Positions 44,275 to 44,487 of a DNA stretch of 44,487 nucleotides are shown here, one piece after another. The notes under the pieces are model-generated. The model searched no databases. It was given only the letters and a program-made list of their open reading frames with translations, and was not told where the DNA came from. The translations under genes and the position numbers were made by a program. The stretch lies in the NCBI GenBank assembly GCA_043718985.1, contig JAYSUQ010000103.1, forward strand, positions 1-44,487, read 5' to 3'. How positions within the stretch are numbered: the first letter of the stretch is position 1; the number at the start of each line of letters is the position of its first letter. The stretch comes from Bacteroidota bacterium (GTDB lineage Bacteria; Bacteroidota; Bacteroidia; B-17B0; Aurantibacillaceae).

Positions 44275-44313
44275 AAATTAAACACTTCTTTAAATAGCTG
44301 TAAAATTTAGCAA

Positions 44314-44487
44314 TTATCCCTTGATTTGCTTCAACGAAGTTTTTATTCCCCGTATTAATGAAGAGCTGAATCCGTGCATTTCCATTTCATTCAATCCCGC
44401 AATAGTACAGCCTTGTGGCGTTGTTACACGGTCAATTAATTGTTCCGGATGTACTTTTTCTTCGAGAAGCATTTCAGCGGCTCCTTT
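44314..44487 (-). CDS. proC: Pyrroline-5-carboxylate reductase, C-terminal 57 codons (the gene starts beyond the window end)
   Basis: Not in the ORF track. My translation: KGAAEMLLEEKVHPEQLIDRVTTPQGCTIAGLNEMEMHGFSSSLIRGIKTSLKQIKG*. The HP..L.D.V.(S/T)P.G.TI.GL..(L/M)E..GF pattern is the ProC dimerisation-domain signature. Confidence 0.75.
   Translation of the reverse strand, partial: KGAAEMLLEEKVHPEQLIDRVTTPQGCTIAGLNEMEMHGFSSSLIRGIKTSLKQIKG

Noticed and set aside
44290-44487. An apparent compositional shift at the proC fragment (CCG, GCG, ACG, CGG codons), suggesting a foreign or chimeric junction.
   Set aside because: When I read the codons, about a third end in G/C, which is similar to the neighbouring wzt gene. 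The fragment is only 57 codons long and is a conserved housekeeping protein. The evidence is insufficient.

Overview
This is a low-GC, densely coding chromosomal segment that looks like Bacteroidota (Flavobacteriia/Cytophagia-like). The evidence is three type IX secretion (T9SS) cargo proteins, a PorP/SprF gene, an exosortase F (XrtF) pair, a UpxY antiterminator, a bacterial GH3-family gene and TAnnTTTG-type -7 promoter boxes.

I could read about 45 genes. Recognisable housekeeping genes are glyA, aroB, ispD, cdsA, queD, gdh, HU, polX, 3-hydroxyanthranilate dioxygenase, an enoyl-CoA hydratase, an SDR and a proC fragment. These are interleaved with cell-surface and accessory content:
- 1-3501: a secreted LTD-CotH protein with a type-B T9SS C-terminal domain (CTD), followed by its PorP/SprF partner.
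- 6046-10800: a 1584-aa repeat-rich adhesin-like protein with a type-B CTD.
- 18066-20255: an M43 metalloprotease with a type-A CTD.
- 15470-17515: a heptaheme c-type cytochrome fused to TPR repeats.
- 12376-14379: a TPR-TM-PP2C sensor phosphatase.
- 36865-44274: a polysaccharide locus with xrtF and its partner, a Wzc-type tyrosine autokinase, a 4-epimerase, a wHTH gene, UpxY and Wzm/Wzt.

I saw no rRNA, tRNA, CRISPR array, transposase, integrase or phage genes.

Nothing matches a named defence or toxin system. The least explained content, and my best candidates for something undescribed, are:
1. 28844-31936: a BetR-like HTH regulator divergent from a three-gene envelope cluster of unknown function. 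The cluster includes a 46-aa membrane micro-ORF that is missing from the ORF track.
2. 23599-29851: an almost gap-free six-gene minus-strand array (HTH-ispD-polX-Zn-ribbon membrane protein-methyltransferase-GH3).
3. 36865-37852: the XrtF pair, for which I know of no defined substrate, sitting next to an atypically organised export locus.

All functional calls rest on motif recognition by eye from the translations. No database search was run.
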